From an uncultured Verrucomicrobiota bacterium (GTDB lineage Bacteria; Verrucomicrobiota; Kiritimatiellia; RFP12; UBA1067): a stretch of 64,000 nt of DNA. Both the position numbers and the translations under genes were made by a program. The stretch lies in contig CAMNBZ010000011.1 in NCBI GenBank assembly GCA_946533675.1, forward strand, positions 3,278-67,277, read 5' to 3'. Shown here one piece after another: positions 7,622-17,408 of the stretch. Position 1 is the stretch's first letter. Each line of letters starts with the position of its first letter. A model generated the notes under the pieces. The model was not told the DNA's origin. It searched no databases and saw only the letters and a program-made list of their open reading frames with translations.

Positions 7622-9205
7622 ATGGCAGAAGAGAACAAATCATCGCTGGATGCGCTCAGCGCCCTCGCTAAGCGCAGGGGATTCATCTATCATTCGTCGG
7701 AAATCTACGGCGGCATGCCCGGCTTCTGGGACTACGGTCCCCTGGGCTGCGAGCTGAAGCAGAACGTCAAGGCGGCGTGGTGGCAGTTCACCGTGCGCGG
7801 CCGCGAGGACGTGGCGGGGCTCGACGCGACGATCATCATGCACCCGAAGATCTGGAAGGCGTCGGGTCACCTCGATACGTTCGCCGACCCGATGACGATG
7901 TGCAAGGACTGCAAGAAGCTGATGCGCGCCGACCAGATCAAGGACATCTACGCAGACCAGAAGAAGAAGCCCCAGCCGAAGGTCGCGGGGTCCGACTTCT
8001 TCTGCCCCTACTGCGGCGGCGAGCTGACGGAGCCCAAGCCCTTCAACCTGATGTTCAAGACTGTGGTCGGTCCTATCGACGACCCGTCGAACGTCGCCTA
8101 CCTCCGTCCCGAGACGGCGCAGGCGATCTTCGCGCAGTTCCTGAACGTCATCGCGACGAGCCGCCAGACGGTGCCGTTCGGCATCGCGCAGATGGGCAAG
8201 AGCTTCCGCAACGAGGTGACGCCGCGCAACTACATCTTCCGTTCGCGCGAGTTCGAGCAGATGGAGCTCGAGTTCTTCATCCGCCCCGACGAGGCGGTGG
8301 AGCTGCTGCACGGCCACGTCGTCACGCTCGCCGACAATCCCGACCTGAACGGCCCCGTGCAGGACGACTGGGGCTGGGAGGTCTGGCACAAGTACTGGGT
8401 CGAGCAGCGCAAGAAGTTCCTGAACGCGGTGGGCCTGCCGACGGAACGCTTCGTCGAATACTGGCAGAAGCCGGACGAGCTCGCGCACTACGCGCGCGCC
8501 TGCGTCGACATCGAGTACGACTTCCCGTTCGGTCGCCAGGAGCTCGAGGGCATCGCGGCGCGCAGCGACTTCGACCTGACGCAGCACCAGAAGCATTCCG
8601 GCGTGCCGCAGACGGTCTTCGACGATCCTCTCAAGCAGGCGGCGAAGAAGCTCGACGACGCGGCGAAGGCGGCGTTTATCGCGAAGGTGCAGGCCGACTG
8701 GGTCGCGCGCGGCAAGGACGCGCTCGCGGCCGAGAAGTTCTGCAGGGACCTCTTCGACGGCAAGTACGTGCCGCACGTGATCGAGCCGTCGGCGGGCGTG
8801 GACCGGCTGATGCTCGCGCTCCTGTGCGAAGCGTACGAGGAGCAGACGCTGAAGGACGAGAAGGGCAAGGACGACGTGCGCACGGTCCTCCACTTCTCGC
8901 CGAAGGTGGCGCCCGTCAAGGCCGCGATCTTCCCGCTCATCAAGAAGGACGAGGCGCAGATGAAGTTCGCGCGCGACCTCTTCGAGAAGCTGCGCCGCAA
9001 GGTCAACGTGCAGTGGGACGTCTCGGGCGCGATCGGCCGCCGCTACCGCCGCCAGGACGAGGCGGGCACCCCGTGGTGCATCACGGTCGACGCGCAGACG
9101 GTCGAGGACGGCACGTTCACGGTGCGCGAGCGCGATTCGATGGCGCAGACGCGCATGACGTACGAGCAGTTCCTCGCGATGATGTACGCGGCGCTCGAAT
9201 TCTAA
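7622..9205 (+). CDS. glyQS: Glycine--tRNA ligase (homodimeric class IIa type)
   Basis: SEIYGG, YLRPETAQ, FRNEVTPRNYIFRSREFEQME, IEPSAGVDR, IGRRYRRQDEAGTP; start placed downstream of TGATATACT at 7602-7610. Confidence 0.95.
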   Translation: MAEENKSSLDALSALAKRRGFIYHSSEIYGGMPGFWDYGPLGCELKQNVKAAWWQFTVRGREDVAGLDATIIMHPKIWKASGHLDTFADPMTMCKDCKKLMRADQIKDIYADQKKKPQPKVAGSDFFCPYCGGELTEPKPFNLMFKTVVGPIDDPSNVAYLRPETAQAIFAQFLNVIATSRQTVPFGIAQMGKSFRNEVTPRNYIFRSREFEQMELEFFIRPDEAVELLHGHVVTLADNPDLNGPVQDDWGWEVWHKYWVEQRKKFLNAVGLPTERFVEYWQKPDELAHYARACVDIEYDFPFGRQELEGIAARSDFDLTQHQKHSGVPQTVFDDPLKQAAKKLDDAAKAAFIAKVQADWVARGKDALAAEKFCRDLFDGKYVPHVIEPSAGVDRLMLALLCEAYEEQTLKDEKGKDDVRTVLHFSPKVAPVKAAIFPLIKKDEAQMKFARDLFEKLRRKVNVQWDVSGAIGRRYRRQDEAGTPWCITVDAQTVEDGTFTVRERDSMAQTRMTYEQFLAMMYAALEF

Positions 9206-9208
9206 GAT

Positions 9209-11035
9209 GTGACAAAGCGCGAAGAAAAATGGGCAGCGGTCCGGGAGAGGGTCGGCGACGGCCGTCTGTCGGTCGTGCTGCCCGTTTTCAATCTCGCGGA
9301 CACGATCGTCGCGAACCTGCGCGCGACGGCCGCGCTCTTTGCGGCGCACGGCGTGCGCGCGGAACTCGTGCCGGTCGACGACGGCTCGACGGACGGCACG
9401 CGCGCGGCGCTCGCGGGCGCGGCCGCGGCGCTCGCCGAATTTAAGCCGACCGTCGTCCTCCGCCCCGTCCTGCTGGAGAGGAACGGCGGCAAGGGCGCGG
9501 CGCTGCGGGCCGGGTTCGACGCCTCGACGGGCGCGTACGTGATGCTGCTCGACGGCGATCTCGACATCCACCCGAAGCAGACGCCGTACTTCTTCGAGGC
9601 GATGGCGCGGCAGGGCGCGGACGTCGTGATCGGCTCGAAGCGCCATCCGCGCTCGGTCGTCCAGTACCCGTGGCACCGGCGGATCGTGAGCTGGGTCTAC
9701 TTCACGCTCGTGCGGCTCTTCGTCGGGCTGCCGATCACCGACACCCAGACGGGCATGAAGCTCTTCAAGCGCGCGGTCCTCGGCGAAGCGCTCGCGCGCA
9801 TGCTCGTCAAGACGTACGCGTTCGACCTGGAGCTGCTGGCGATCGCGCACCAGCGCGGCGCGAAGATCGCGGAAGCGCCCGTGCGGATCAGGTTCGGCTC
9901 GAAGTTCGGCGCGCTCAAGGTGCGCACCGTCCGGACGATGGCGCTCGATTCGCTCGCCGTCTTCTACCGGCTGAAGATCCTGAAGTATTACGCCAAGGCG
10001 GAAGCGCCGCGGAAGCTCGCCGTGCCGCCGCGCGTCTCGATTATCATCGCCTGCCCCGGCGACAGCTGGATGCTCCAGGAGTGCCTGCGGGCGATCGCGG
10101 CGCAGACCTACCGCAATTTCGAGGTGATCGTGCTGCCGGATGAGGCGGGTGTGGTCGAGCGCAGTTCGGCCATCTCCACGATCCCCACCGGGAAGGTGCG
10201 GCCGGCGGAGAAGCGCAACATCGGCATCCGGGCGGCGAAGGGCGAAATCGTCGCGTTCATCGACGACGACGCCTACCCCGACGCGCACTGGCTCGAATAC
10301 GCCGTCAAGTATTTCGGCGACGAGACGATCGGCGCGGTGGGCGGCCCGGGCGTGACGCCGCCGAACGATCCCTACCTCGCGCAGATCGGCGGGCGCGTCT
10401 ACGACAACCCGCTCGTGAGCGGCACCTACCGCTACCGCTACAGGGCCGGCGGCGTGCGGCGCGACGTGGACGACTACCCGAGCTGCAACCTGTTCGTGCG
10501 CACGTCGCTGCTCCGGAAGATCGGCGGCTACCGCACCGATTTCTGGCCGGGCGAGGATACGCTGCTGTGCAAGGACATCATCGACGCGGGCGCGCGCATC
10601 GTCTACGACCCGTGGGTGATCGTCTACCACCACCGCCGCGCGCTCCTGGGCGCGCACCTCAGGCAGCTCGGCCGCTACGCATTCCACCGCGGCTACTTCG
10701 TCAAGCGCTATCCCTCGAACTCGCGGCATCTCGCGTATTTCGTGCCGTCGGCGTTCGTCCTCTACCTCTTCGTCTGGGCGATCCTCGTCATCCTGCCGCA
10801 GCCGAACGTCATTTCGGTGGAGGCGTACTGCCTCTGGATGGCCGCCGTGTCGCTGCCGATGCTCGCGTACATCCTGCTCGTCGCGCTCACGTCGTTTTCG
10901 TTCAATCCCGTGACGTGGCTCGCCACGGTCGCGGGCGTCGTCGCCACGCACGTCACCTACGGCGTCCGCTTCGTCGGCGGGCTCCTCGCGCAGCGCGCGC
11001 CGTGCGAATTCATCGGAAAGGACCACGCGTCATGA
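9209..11035 (+). CDS. Tandem GT2 glycosyltransferase with C-terminal membrane helices
   Basis: Two GT-A domains (VDDGSTD, NGGKG, DGDLD, DTQTGMK; FIDDDAYP, GEDT) and a hydrophobic C-terminus. Confidence 0.88.
   Translation: MTKREEKWAAVRERVGDGRLSVVLPVFNLADTIVANLRATAALFAAHGVRAELVPVDDGSTDGTRAALAGAAAALAEFKPTVVLRPVLLERNGGKGAALRAGFDASTGAYVMLLDGDLDIHPKQTPYFFEAMARQGADVVIGSKRHPRSVVQYPWHRRIVSWVYFTLVRLFVGLPITDTQTGMKLFKRAVLGEALARMLVKTYAFDLELLAIAHQRGAKIAEAPVRIRFGSKFGALKVRTVRTMALDSLAVFYRLKILKYYAKAEAPRKLAVPPRVSIIIACPGDSWMLQECLRAIAAQTYRNFEVIVLPDEAGVVERSSAISTIPTGKVRPAEKRNIGIRAAKGEIVAFIDDDAYPDAHWLEYAVKYFGDETIGAVGGPGVTPPNDPYLAQIGGRVYDNPLVSGTYRYRYRAGGVRRDVDDYPSCNLFVRTSLLRKIGGYRTDFWPGEDTLLCKDIIDAGARIVYDPWVIVYHHRRALLGAHLRQLGRYAFHRGYFVKRYPSNSRHLAYFVPSAFVLYLFVWAILVILPQPNVISVEAYCLWMAAVSLPMLAYILLVALTSFSFNPVTWLATVAGVVATHVTYGVRFVGGLLAQRAPCEFIGKDHAS
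10151..10179 (-). repeat. Coding REP-like hairpin, family A, copy 1 (in frame in GT2 gene)
   Basis: GTGGTCGAGCGCAGTTCGGCCATCTCCAC encoding VVERSSAIST. Confidence 0.7.
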
Positions 11036-11346
11036 GCGACTGGATCGACATCCCGGCGGACCCCGTCCACGTCAAGCGCGAGCGTCAGCGCGCGCGCGAG
11101 CTGCGCCAGACCGACTGGTGGCGCGCGCAGCTCCAGAAGGGCGTCTGCCACTACTGCGGCCGGACGGTCGGCGCGGCGAACCTGACGATGGACCACGTCA
11201 TCCCGGTCGCGCGCGGCGGCCGGTCGGTGCGCTCCAACTGCGTGCCGTGCTGCAAGGCGTGCAACAACGCGAAGAAGGCGACGACGCCCGCCGAGCAGAT
11301 TCTCGACAAGCTGTTCGGCGCGGGCGACGCCGCCTCGCCGGTCTGA
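11032..11346 (+). CDS. Small HNH endonuclease family protein
   Basis: CHYC...LTMDHVIPVARGG...NCVPCCKACNNAK; ATGA overlap with upstream gene. Confidence 0.88.
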   Translation: MSDWIDIPADPVHVKRERQRARELRQTDWWRAQLQKGVCHYCGRTVGAANLTMDHVIPVARGGRSVRSNCVPCCKACNNAKKATTPAEQILDKLFGAGDAASPV

Positions 11347-11369
11347 GGCCGGGCGGAGAAAGGAGCGAT

Positions 11370-11861
11370 ATGGAAAGGAAGTTCGAGATCCGGACGGCGC
11401 AGCTGAAGGACGCGGAGCAGATCTTCGCGCTCGTCCACCTCAACCGCGACCAGCTCGTGCCGCGTTCAATGGGGAACATCGTCGAGAACATCGACCGCTT
11501 CACCGTCGCGGCGATCGGCGGCGACATCGTCGGCTGCGCGACGTACCAGATCCATCCCGAGATCGGCAAGAGCGAGGAGGCGACGGTGGAGGTGCAGTCC
11601 GTCGCCGTGCGCGCGCCGTACCGCCGGCGCGGCGTCGGGCGGGCGGTCGTCGAGGCGGTGATCCGCCGCGTCGCGCCGCTCGCGGTCAAGGACGTGGTCG
11701 TGCTGACGTTCGCTCCGGGATTCTTCCAGAAGCTCGGCTTCGAGACGATCGAGAAGACGCAGATCATGCACAAGCTCTACACGGGCTGCATCAACTGCAC
11801 CAAGCACGCCGATCCGTTCACGTGCCCGGAGATCGCGATGCGCCGCCGCGCCGCCCTCTAG
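11370..11861 (+). CDS. GNAT N-acetyltransferase (short ArgA-like)
   Basis: AAGGAG RBS; VQSVAV...YRRRGVGR, LTFAPGFFQKLGF, C-terminal CINC...CPEIAM. Confidence 0.85.
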   Translation: MERKFEIRTAQLKDAEQIFALVHLNRDQLVPRSMGNIVENIDRFTVAAIGGDIVGCATYQIHPEIGKSEEATVEVQSVAVRAPYRRRGVGRAVVEAVIRRVAPLAVKDVVVLTFAPGFFQKLGFETIEKTQIMHKLYTGCINCTKHADPFTCPEIAMRRRAAL

Positions 11862-11904
11862 CGCAGAGCGGGGAATATTTGATATACTACACGCCGTTTT
11901 AAGG

Positions 11905-11981
<77 letters not shown>

Positions 11982-12040
11982 TCTGAAAGTGCGTTTCACC
12001 CAATAAAATCAAGGGCCAAACGCATTTTTCATTTTCTGCG

Positions 12041-12112
12041 TCATACACCTTCATACACCCCTATACACGTTAAAAACTGGGGTACACAATGGGGTGCACA
12101 AAACATTGGGGT
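12041..12112. repeat. Short direct repeats resembling integrase arm-type sites downstream of tRNA-Pro
   Basis: TCATACACC x2 plus CTATACAC (10-bp period); TGGGGTACACAA/TGGGGTGCACAA (12-bp period). Confidence 0.5.
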
Positions 12113-12171
12113 TTTCGCAAATTTGCTTTCGCCGGGGTGCGATTTCGCGGCGATTATGGTGTCATTCACGG

Positions 12172-12247
12172 CGCGGCGCCTCCTTCCCCGGCTGTTTTTT
12201 TCACTCGGTAGTAGACCGAAAACCGGCGGGGAGGTGCCGCGTTTTTT
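12172..12247 (+). terminator. Long hairpin with T-tract (terminator or structured RNA)
   Basis: CGCGGCGCCTCC pairs with GGAGGTGCCGCG, enclosing CCGG and TCGGT/ACCGA stems, followed by TTTTTT. Confidence 0.5.
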
Positions 12248-12390
12248 GTGTCTCCGCCGCGCGCCGCCCCCTCTCGCCTCGCCAGCGCATGAAAAATGGG
12301 TAAACTCCAGGACACATTCTGACTGACGCGCACAGTTGAGATGTGGTATAATACTTCTCAAGAAAACATTGCCAAGGAAGGAGAAGCGAC

Positions 12391-12648
12391 ATGGCGACAA
12401 AATGCAGATACTGCGGTTCAGCAAGTTACGGACGCGGATGCGCGTACGGTCCGAACCGGCTTCACGAGCACCGCGACGACGAGAAGCACTGCGAATGGTG
12501 CGGCTCGTCTAGCTACGGGCACGGATGCGCGTATGGCCCCGACCGGTTGCACCGTCACGGCCCCGGCGCGAACAAGTGCATCTGGTGCGGATCGACGTCC
12601 AATGGCGCGGGCTGTCCTTATTCCCCGACGCGCCGTCACGAGAAATGA
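12391..12648 (+). CDS. Small Cys/His-repeat protein (three CxxC-x8-C-x7-H units), putative metal-binding
   Basis: TGGTATAAT at 12344-12352, strong purine-rich RBS, clear 29-aa periodicity. Confidence 0.85.
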   Translation: MATKCRYCGSASYGRGCAYGPNRLHEHRDDEKHCEWCGSSSYGHGCAYGPDRLHRHGPGANKCIWCGSTSNGAGCPYSPTRRHEK

Positions 12649-12911
12649 CGGCGTCGACCTGTAACCCTTTCGCCGCAGATGTGTAGACCGGTCGTCTTCC
12701 ATGCCGACCTCGGCGACGCCGCCGCGCTCATGGCGCCCCCGGTTGCCAGCAAGTTGAATTTCCGCTATCCGGTCAATCCGCCGTTCCCGAAGCCCGCGAA
12801 CGCCGCCGCCCTGCAGAAGGAGTGCGAGAACCGGCCGGCGGCGCGCGGGCGGAACTTTCTTCCGCCCCGGCGCCCGATTTATGATACAATATGCCTGAAA
12901 GGATCCATGAG

Positions 12912-13358
12912 ATGTCGGAAATCTATGACAGACTGATGGCGGACATGAAAGCCGCCATGAAAGAGCATGACACGGTCGCGGTGAACGCGATCCGCGGCGT
13001 GATCGCGAAGGCGAAGGACCTCACGGTGAACGCCGGCAAGGACATGACGGACGAGGCCGTGCTGGCCGTCCTCGCCAAGGGCGCGAAGCAGCGCGAGGAG
13101 TCGATTGCGCAGTTCACCGCCGCCGGGCGCGCGGAACTCGCCGCCGCCGAACAGAAGGAGCTCGATCTCCTGAAGAAATATCTGCCCGCGCAGCTCGGCG
13201 AGGCGGAGGTCGCGGCCGTCGTCAAGGCGGTGATCGCCGAGACGGGCGCCGCTTCCAAGAAGGACATGGGCCGCGTCATGAAGGAGACGATGGCCCGCCT
13301 CAAGGGACAGGCGGACGGCAAGCTCGTCTCCCGGCTCGTCGGCGCGGCGCTGCCGTGA
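12912..13358 (+). CDS. GatB/YqeY domain protein
   Basis: MKAAMK, KQREESI..F..AGR.ELA, YLPAQL, KDMGRVM, GQADGK. Confidence 0.92.
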   Translation: MSEIYDRLMADMKAAMKEHDTVAVNAIRGVIAKAKDLTVNAGKDMTDEAVLAVLAKGAKQREESIAQFTAAGRAELAAAEQKELDLLKKYLPAQLGEAEVAAVVKAVIAETGAASKKDMGRVMKETMARLKGQADGKLVSRLVGAALP

Positions 13359-14335
13359 CGGAACCGGCTCCCTTGACCGGCGGCGGGACAGGCGGGAAGA
13401 TTCTCGTCTATCTCGAACCGTCGCCCGTGCGCGGCGGCATCGAGGTCTTCGCCGAGCGCCACGTCGCGCGTCTCCGCGCCGACGGGCGCACCGTCGAGCT
13501 CTGCCGCGCGCTCGGCCCCGACGCTGCCGCGCGCTTCGCCGCCGTTGACGAGATCATCGTCCACAAGTGCACCGACGTCGCCACGCTCGAACGCTTTCCG
13601 CCGGAGAAGACGACGTGCTACATCCACGACCACGAGCCGATCTGCCCGCGCGGCTACGCCTACACGCCGCTGCTGCACAACTGCACGCGCCCGGGCGGCC
13701 TCTGGCCGTGCCTTCTCTGCGCGCCCGCGTGCCGGTCGTGGCGTGCCGCGCTCGCGCGCGTCTTCACGCAAGCGCGCCGCACGCGCGCCCTCGCGCGCTT
13801 CAACCGCCTCGTCGTCATTTCGGAGTTTATGAAAGGGCGGCTCGTCGCCAATGGCCTCAGCGCCGACCGGATCGTCGTCGCGCCGCCCGTGATCGCGCCG
13901 CCGCCCGCCGGTGCGCCGCCGCCCGACGCGGTCGATCTCCTCTTCGTCGGCCAGCTGATCCGCGGCAAGGGCGTGCAGCTGCTCCTCGACGCGCTCGCGC
14001 GCCTGCCCGCGTCGCGCACGCTCGACATCGTCGGGACCGGCAACAGAGAAGCGGCTTTGCGCGCGCAGGCCGACCGCCTCGGCCTCGCCGCGCGCGTGCG
14101 CTTCCGCGGCTTCCAGTCCGATCCCTCGGCGTGGATGCGCGCCGCGCGCTGCGTCGTCGTGCCGAGCTTCTGGCAGGAGCCGTACGGCCTCGTCGCCGCC
14201 GAAGCGGTGGCGCTCGGCCGCCCCGTCGTCGCGTTCGCGATCGGCGGCCTGCCGGAAGCGTGCCAGGGCCGCGCGACGCTCGTGCCGCCCGGCGATGTCG
14301 CCGCGCTCGCCGCCGCGCTGGCGGCGCACGGATGA
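13355..14335 (+). CDS. GT4 (GT-B) glycosyltransferase
   Basis: FVGQLIRGKG, PSFWQEPYGLVAAEA, GGLPE. Confidence 0.88.
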   Translation: MTEPAPLTGGGTGGKILVYLEPSPVRGGIEVFAERHVARLRADGRTVELCRALGPDAAARFAAVDEIIVHKCTDVATLERFPPEKTTCYIHDHEPICPRGYAYTPLLHNCTRPGGLWPCLLCAPACRSWRAALARVFTQARRTRALARFNRLVVISEFMKGRLVANGLSADRIVVAPPVIAPPPAGAPPPDAVDLLFVGQLIRGKGVQLLLDALARLPASRTLDIVGTGNREAALRAQADRLGLAARVRFRGFQSDPSAWMRAARCVVVPSFWQEPYGLVAAEAVALGRPVVAFAIGGLPEACQGRATLVPPGDVAALAAALAAHG

Positions 14336-14346
14336 AAGGGAACGTC

Positions 14347-15480
14347 ATGTCCGATACAGTCAAAGTCTTCGTCTTCATTGATGCGCTCGGCTGGAAGCAG
14401 GTCGAGAAGTACGGTTTCCTGACCGACCTCCTGCCGCACCGCCGGTCGATCGAAATGCAGTTCGGCTACAGCTGCACCGCGATTCCGACGATCCTGACGG
14501 GCGAGCGGCCCGCCGTCCACGGCCACCTCGCGTTCTACGACTACGCGCCCGCGAAGAGCCCGTTCAAGGCGCTGCGCTTCCTCGCGCCGCTCCTGCGGCC
14601 GCGCGGCTTCTGGCGGCGCGGGCGCGTGCGGCATCAGCTGTCGAAACTCATCAAGCGGCTCTACGGCTTCACCGGCTACTTCCAGCTCTACGGCGTGCCG
14701 TTCGAGCGCCTGCCGCAGCTCGACTACTGCGAGAAGCGCGACCTCTTCGTCCCCGGCGGCCTCGCGCCCGTGCCGAACCTCGCCGACGTCTGGGCGGCGC
14801 AGGGTCGGCGCTACCACATTTCGAACTGGCGGCTTTCCGAGGACGAGAACTTCCGCCGCGCCGCCGCCGCGTTCCGCGCGGGCGCGGTCGATCGCGCGTT
14901 CGTCTATTCCGCCGCGTTCGATGCGCTCCAGCACGACAACGTGGGGCGCGACGACGTGCTGGCGAAAAAGGTCGCGCGCTACGCCGAGACGATCCGCGCG
15001 CTCCACCGCGCGCTCGTCGACGGCGGACGGCCGTTCGAGCTGACGATCTTTTCCGACCACGGCATGACGCCGCTCACGCGCACCGTCGACGCGCCGGCGG
15101 CGCTCGCGCGCGCCGGCGTCGCGTGGGGCGTCGACTACGCGAGCGTGATCGATTCGACGATGGCGCGCTTCTGGTATCTCGCGCCCGGCGCGGAAGAAAA
15201 GATCCGCGGCGCTTTTGCCGCGTTCCCGGGGCACTGGCTCACGGCGGACGAGATGCGGCGCGAGGGCATCTGGCGCGACGACCGCAAGTTCGGCGACGCG
15301 ATCTTTCTCGCGGATCCGGGCGTGCAGTTCGTGCCCAGCGACATGGGCGTCAAGCCGCTCAACGGCATGCACGGCTACGATCCGCGCGACATCGATTCGC
15401 GCGCCGCGTGGCTGTCGACCGTGCCGGTGCCCGACGGCGTCGCGCGCGTCTGCGACTATTTCCGCGTCATGACGGCGTGA
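14347..15480 (+). CDS. Alkaline phosphatase superfamily / nucleotide pyrophosphatase-like protein
   Basis: FIDALG, TILTGERP..HG, FSDHGMT, GMHGYDP. Confidence 0.82.
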   Translation: MSDTVKVFVFIDALGWKQVEKYGFLTDLLPHRRSIEMQFGYSCTAIPTILTGERPAVHGHLAFYDYAPAKSPFKALRFLAPLLRPRGFWRRGRVRHQLSKLIKRLYGFTGYFQLYGVPFERLPQLDYCEKRDLFVPGGLAPVPNLADVWAAQGRRYHISNWRLSEDENFRRAAAAFRAGAVDRAFVYSAAFDALQHDNVGRDDVLAKKVARYAETIRALHRALVDGGRPFELTIFSDHGMTPLTRTVDAPAALARAGVAWGVDYASVIDSTMARFWYLAPGAEEKIRGAFAAFPGHWLTADEMRREGIWRDDRKFGDAIFLADPGVQFVPSDMGVKPLNGMHGYDPRDIDSRAAWLSTVPVPDGVARVCDYFRVMTA

Positions 15481-15551
15481 GGCGCGGCGGCGGCGACCTA
15501 CCCCAACGGGCAGGGCGGCGGGCGGCGCAAAATGGTATAATGCGCAGACTT

Positions 15552-17408
15552 ATGAAAAAACAGATGAAGATGACGGGCGGATGGATCGGCGCGGCGTTGG
15601 CCGTCGCGGCGCTGGCGCTGGCGGGCGCGCGCGCGGCGGGCCTGAGCGCGGACGAACGGGTGATTCCGCAGGGCGCGTGCGTCGCGCCGAACGGCGACCG
15701 GCTGGAGGTGACGTCGAAGTGCCTGCGGCTCAACGGCGCGCCGCTCATTCCCGTGATGGGCGAGCTGCACTATTCGCGCATCCCGCGCGAGGAATGGGCG
15801 TCGTCGCTCGCGACGCTGAAGGCGGGGGGCGTGTCGATCGTCTCGACCTACGTCTTCTGGAACCACCACGAATGGCGCGAGGGTGCATGGGACTTTGCGG
15901 GCAACCGCGACCTCTCGGCGTTTCTCGGCGAGGTGGAGAAGGCGGGGCTCTGGGCCATCGTCCGTCTGGGCCCGTGGGACCACGGCGAATGCCGCGAGGG
16001 CGGCTTCCCCGATTGGCTGATCGACAAGTTCGCGTCCGGCGCGGCACCGGCCGCGGATGATTACGACGCGCGCCGCGCGGACGCCAAGGCGCTGCGCCGC
16101 AGTCTGCGCACGCGCGACACGCGGTTTCTCGCCGAGACGGAAAAGCTGTTCCGCCGCCTGTATCCTGAGATCGCCCCGCATTTCTGGAAGAACGGCGGCG
16201 CGGTGATCGGCATCCAGCTGGAGAACGAAAGCCGCGGCCCGTGGCCGTACTACCAGGCGCTGAAGAAGCTCGCGGTCGACACGGGCTACGACGTGCCGCT
16301 CTACACGCGCACGGGCTGGCCGAAGCTGGACGGGCCCGAGACGACGTTCGGCGAGCTCGTGCCGCTGTACGGCGACTACGCCGAAGGGTTCTGGGACCGC
16401 GTGCTCACGTCGATGCCCGGCAGCTACGCGGACGCGTTCGTGATGCGCCCGGCGCGCACGTCGGCCGTCATCGCGACGGAGCAGCTCGGCGCGCAGACGG
16501 CGACGGACGCGAAGGGCGCGGAGAAGTATCCGTACTTTACGTGCGAGCTCGGCGGCGGCATGGCGTCGAGCTACCACCGTCGCCTCGTGATGGAGCCGCT
16601 CGATGCGTTCGCGCTCGGTGTCGTGAAGCTCGGCAGCGGTTCCAATATGCCGGGGTACTATATGTATCACGGCGGGTCGAACCCGACGGACTTTGGCGTG
16701 AACATGGCCGAGAGCCAGCGCGGGCGTTTCACGAATTACAACGATCTGCCCGTCGTCAGCTACGAATTCATGGCCCCTGTGAGCGAATTCGGCGAGCCGC
16801 AGTGCGCGTACTGGCTGATTCAGGCGCTGGCGGAATTCTGCCGCACGAACGCGGCGGAGCTGGCCGTCGCCGATCCCGTGTTCGTCAGTGACCACGAGAC
16901 GCGGCGCGGGCGGTTCGTCTTCCACAACGAATATGTGCGGCGGCGCAACCCGACGGGCGCGTGCTGGATCGGCGTCGCGGCGGCGGACGGCACGGTGACG
17001 CGCGTCCTGGACGGTCCGGCGCTCGCGCGTGCGACGGCGGGGCGGCGCGACGGGCCGCCGGTCGTGGCGCTGAAGACGGACGAGCTGAAGCGGCTCAAGG
17101 CGGCGGGCACGGCGCCGGCGGTGACGATCGGCATCAACGGCGTGGCGCAGCTGCCGGACGAGCGCGCGTGGGACGCGGCGGCGGAATACGAGGTGCCGTT
17201 CACGGCGGGCGACGCGATGCTGGAGATCGCGTATGACGGCGACATGGCGCGGCTCTACGCCGACGGGCGGCTTGTGCAGGATGATTTCTGGAAGGGCCGG
17301 CCGCTCCGGTATGCGCTGCGGCGGCTGCCGGACGGGACGCGGCGGCTGACGCTGAAGATCCTCCCCTGGGGGCCGGATGTGCGCGCGCACGTCTTTATCG
17401 ATCGCTAG
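15552..17408 (+). CDS. Secreted beta-galactosidase, GH35
   Basis: Signal peptide; GELHYSR, YVFWNHHE, RLGPWDHGE..EGGFPDWL, QLENE, CELGGG, YYMYHGGSN. Confidence 0.88.
   Translation: MKKQMKMTGGWIGAALAVAALALAGARAAGLSADERVIPQGACVAPNGDRLEVTSKCLRLNGAPLIPVMGELHYSRIPREEWASSLATLKAGGVSIVSTYVFWNHHEWREGAWDFAGNRDLSAFLGEVEKAGLWAIVRLGPWDHGECREGGFPDWLIDKFASGAAPAADDYDARRADAKALRRSLRTRDTRFLAETEKLFRRLYPEIAPHFWKNGGAVIGIQLENESRGPWPYYQALKKLAVDTGYDVPLYTRTGWPKLDGPETTFGELVPLYGDYAEGFWDRVLTSMPGSYADAFVMRPARTSAVIATEQLGAQTATDAKGAEKYPYFTCELGGGMASSYHRRLVMEPLDAFALGVVKLGSGSNMPGYYMYHGGSNPTDFGVNMAESQRGRFTNYNDLPVVSYEFMAPVSEFGEPQCAYWLIQALAEFCRTNAAELAVADPVFVSDHETRRGRFVFHNEYVRRRNPTGACWIGVAAADGTVTRVLDGPALARATAGRRDGPPVVALKTDELKRLKAAGTAPAVTIGINGVAQLPDERAWDAAAEYEVPFTAGDAMLEIAYDGDMARLYADGRLVQDDFWKGRPLRYALRRLPDGTRRLTLKILPWGPDVRAHVFIDR

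Noticed and set aside
8280..8760. Extra segments in GlyRS as further repeat insertions
   Set aside because: Normal host codon usage and no palindrome; probably old lineage-specific protein insertions.
11032..11346. HNH gene as a Cas9 accessory or IscB-like nuclease
   Set aside because: A small stand-alone HNH family protein with host codon usage inside a housekeeping operon; no RuvC motifs or linked RNA.
12679..12936. 85-aa ORF between the Cys/His gene and yqeY
   Set aside because: No RBS or motif and it overlaps the yqeY promoter; at most an unidentifiable gene fragment.
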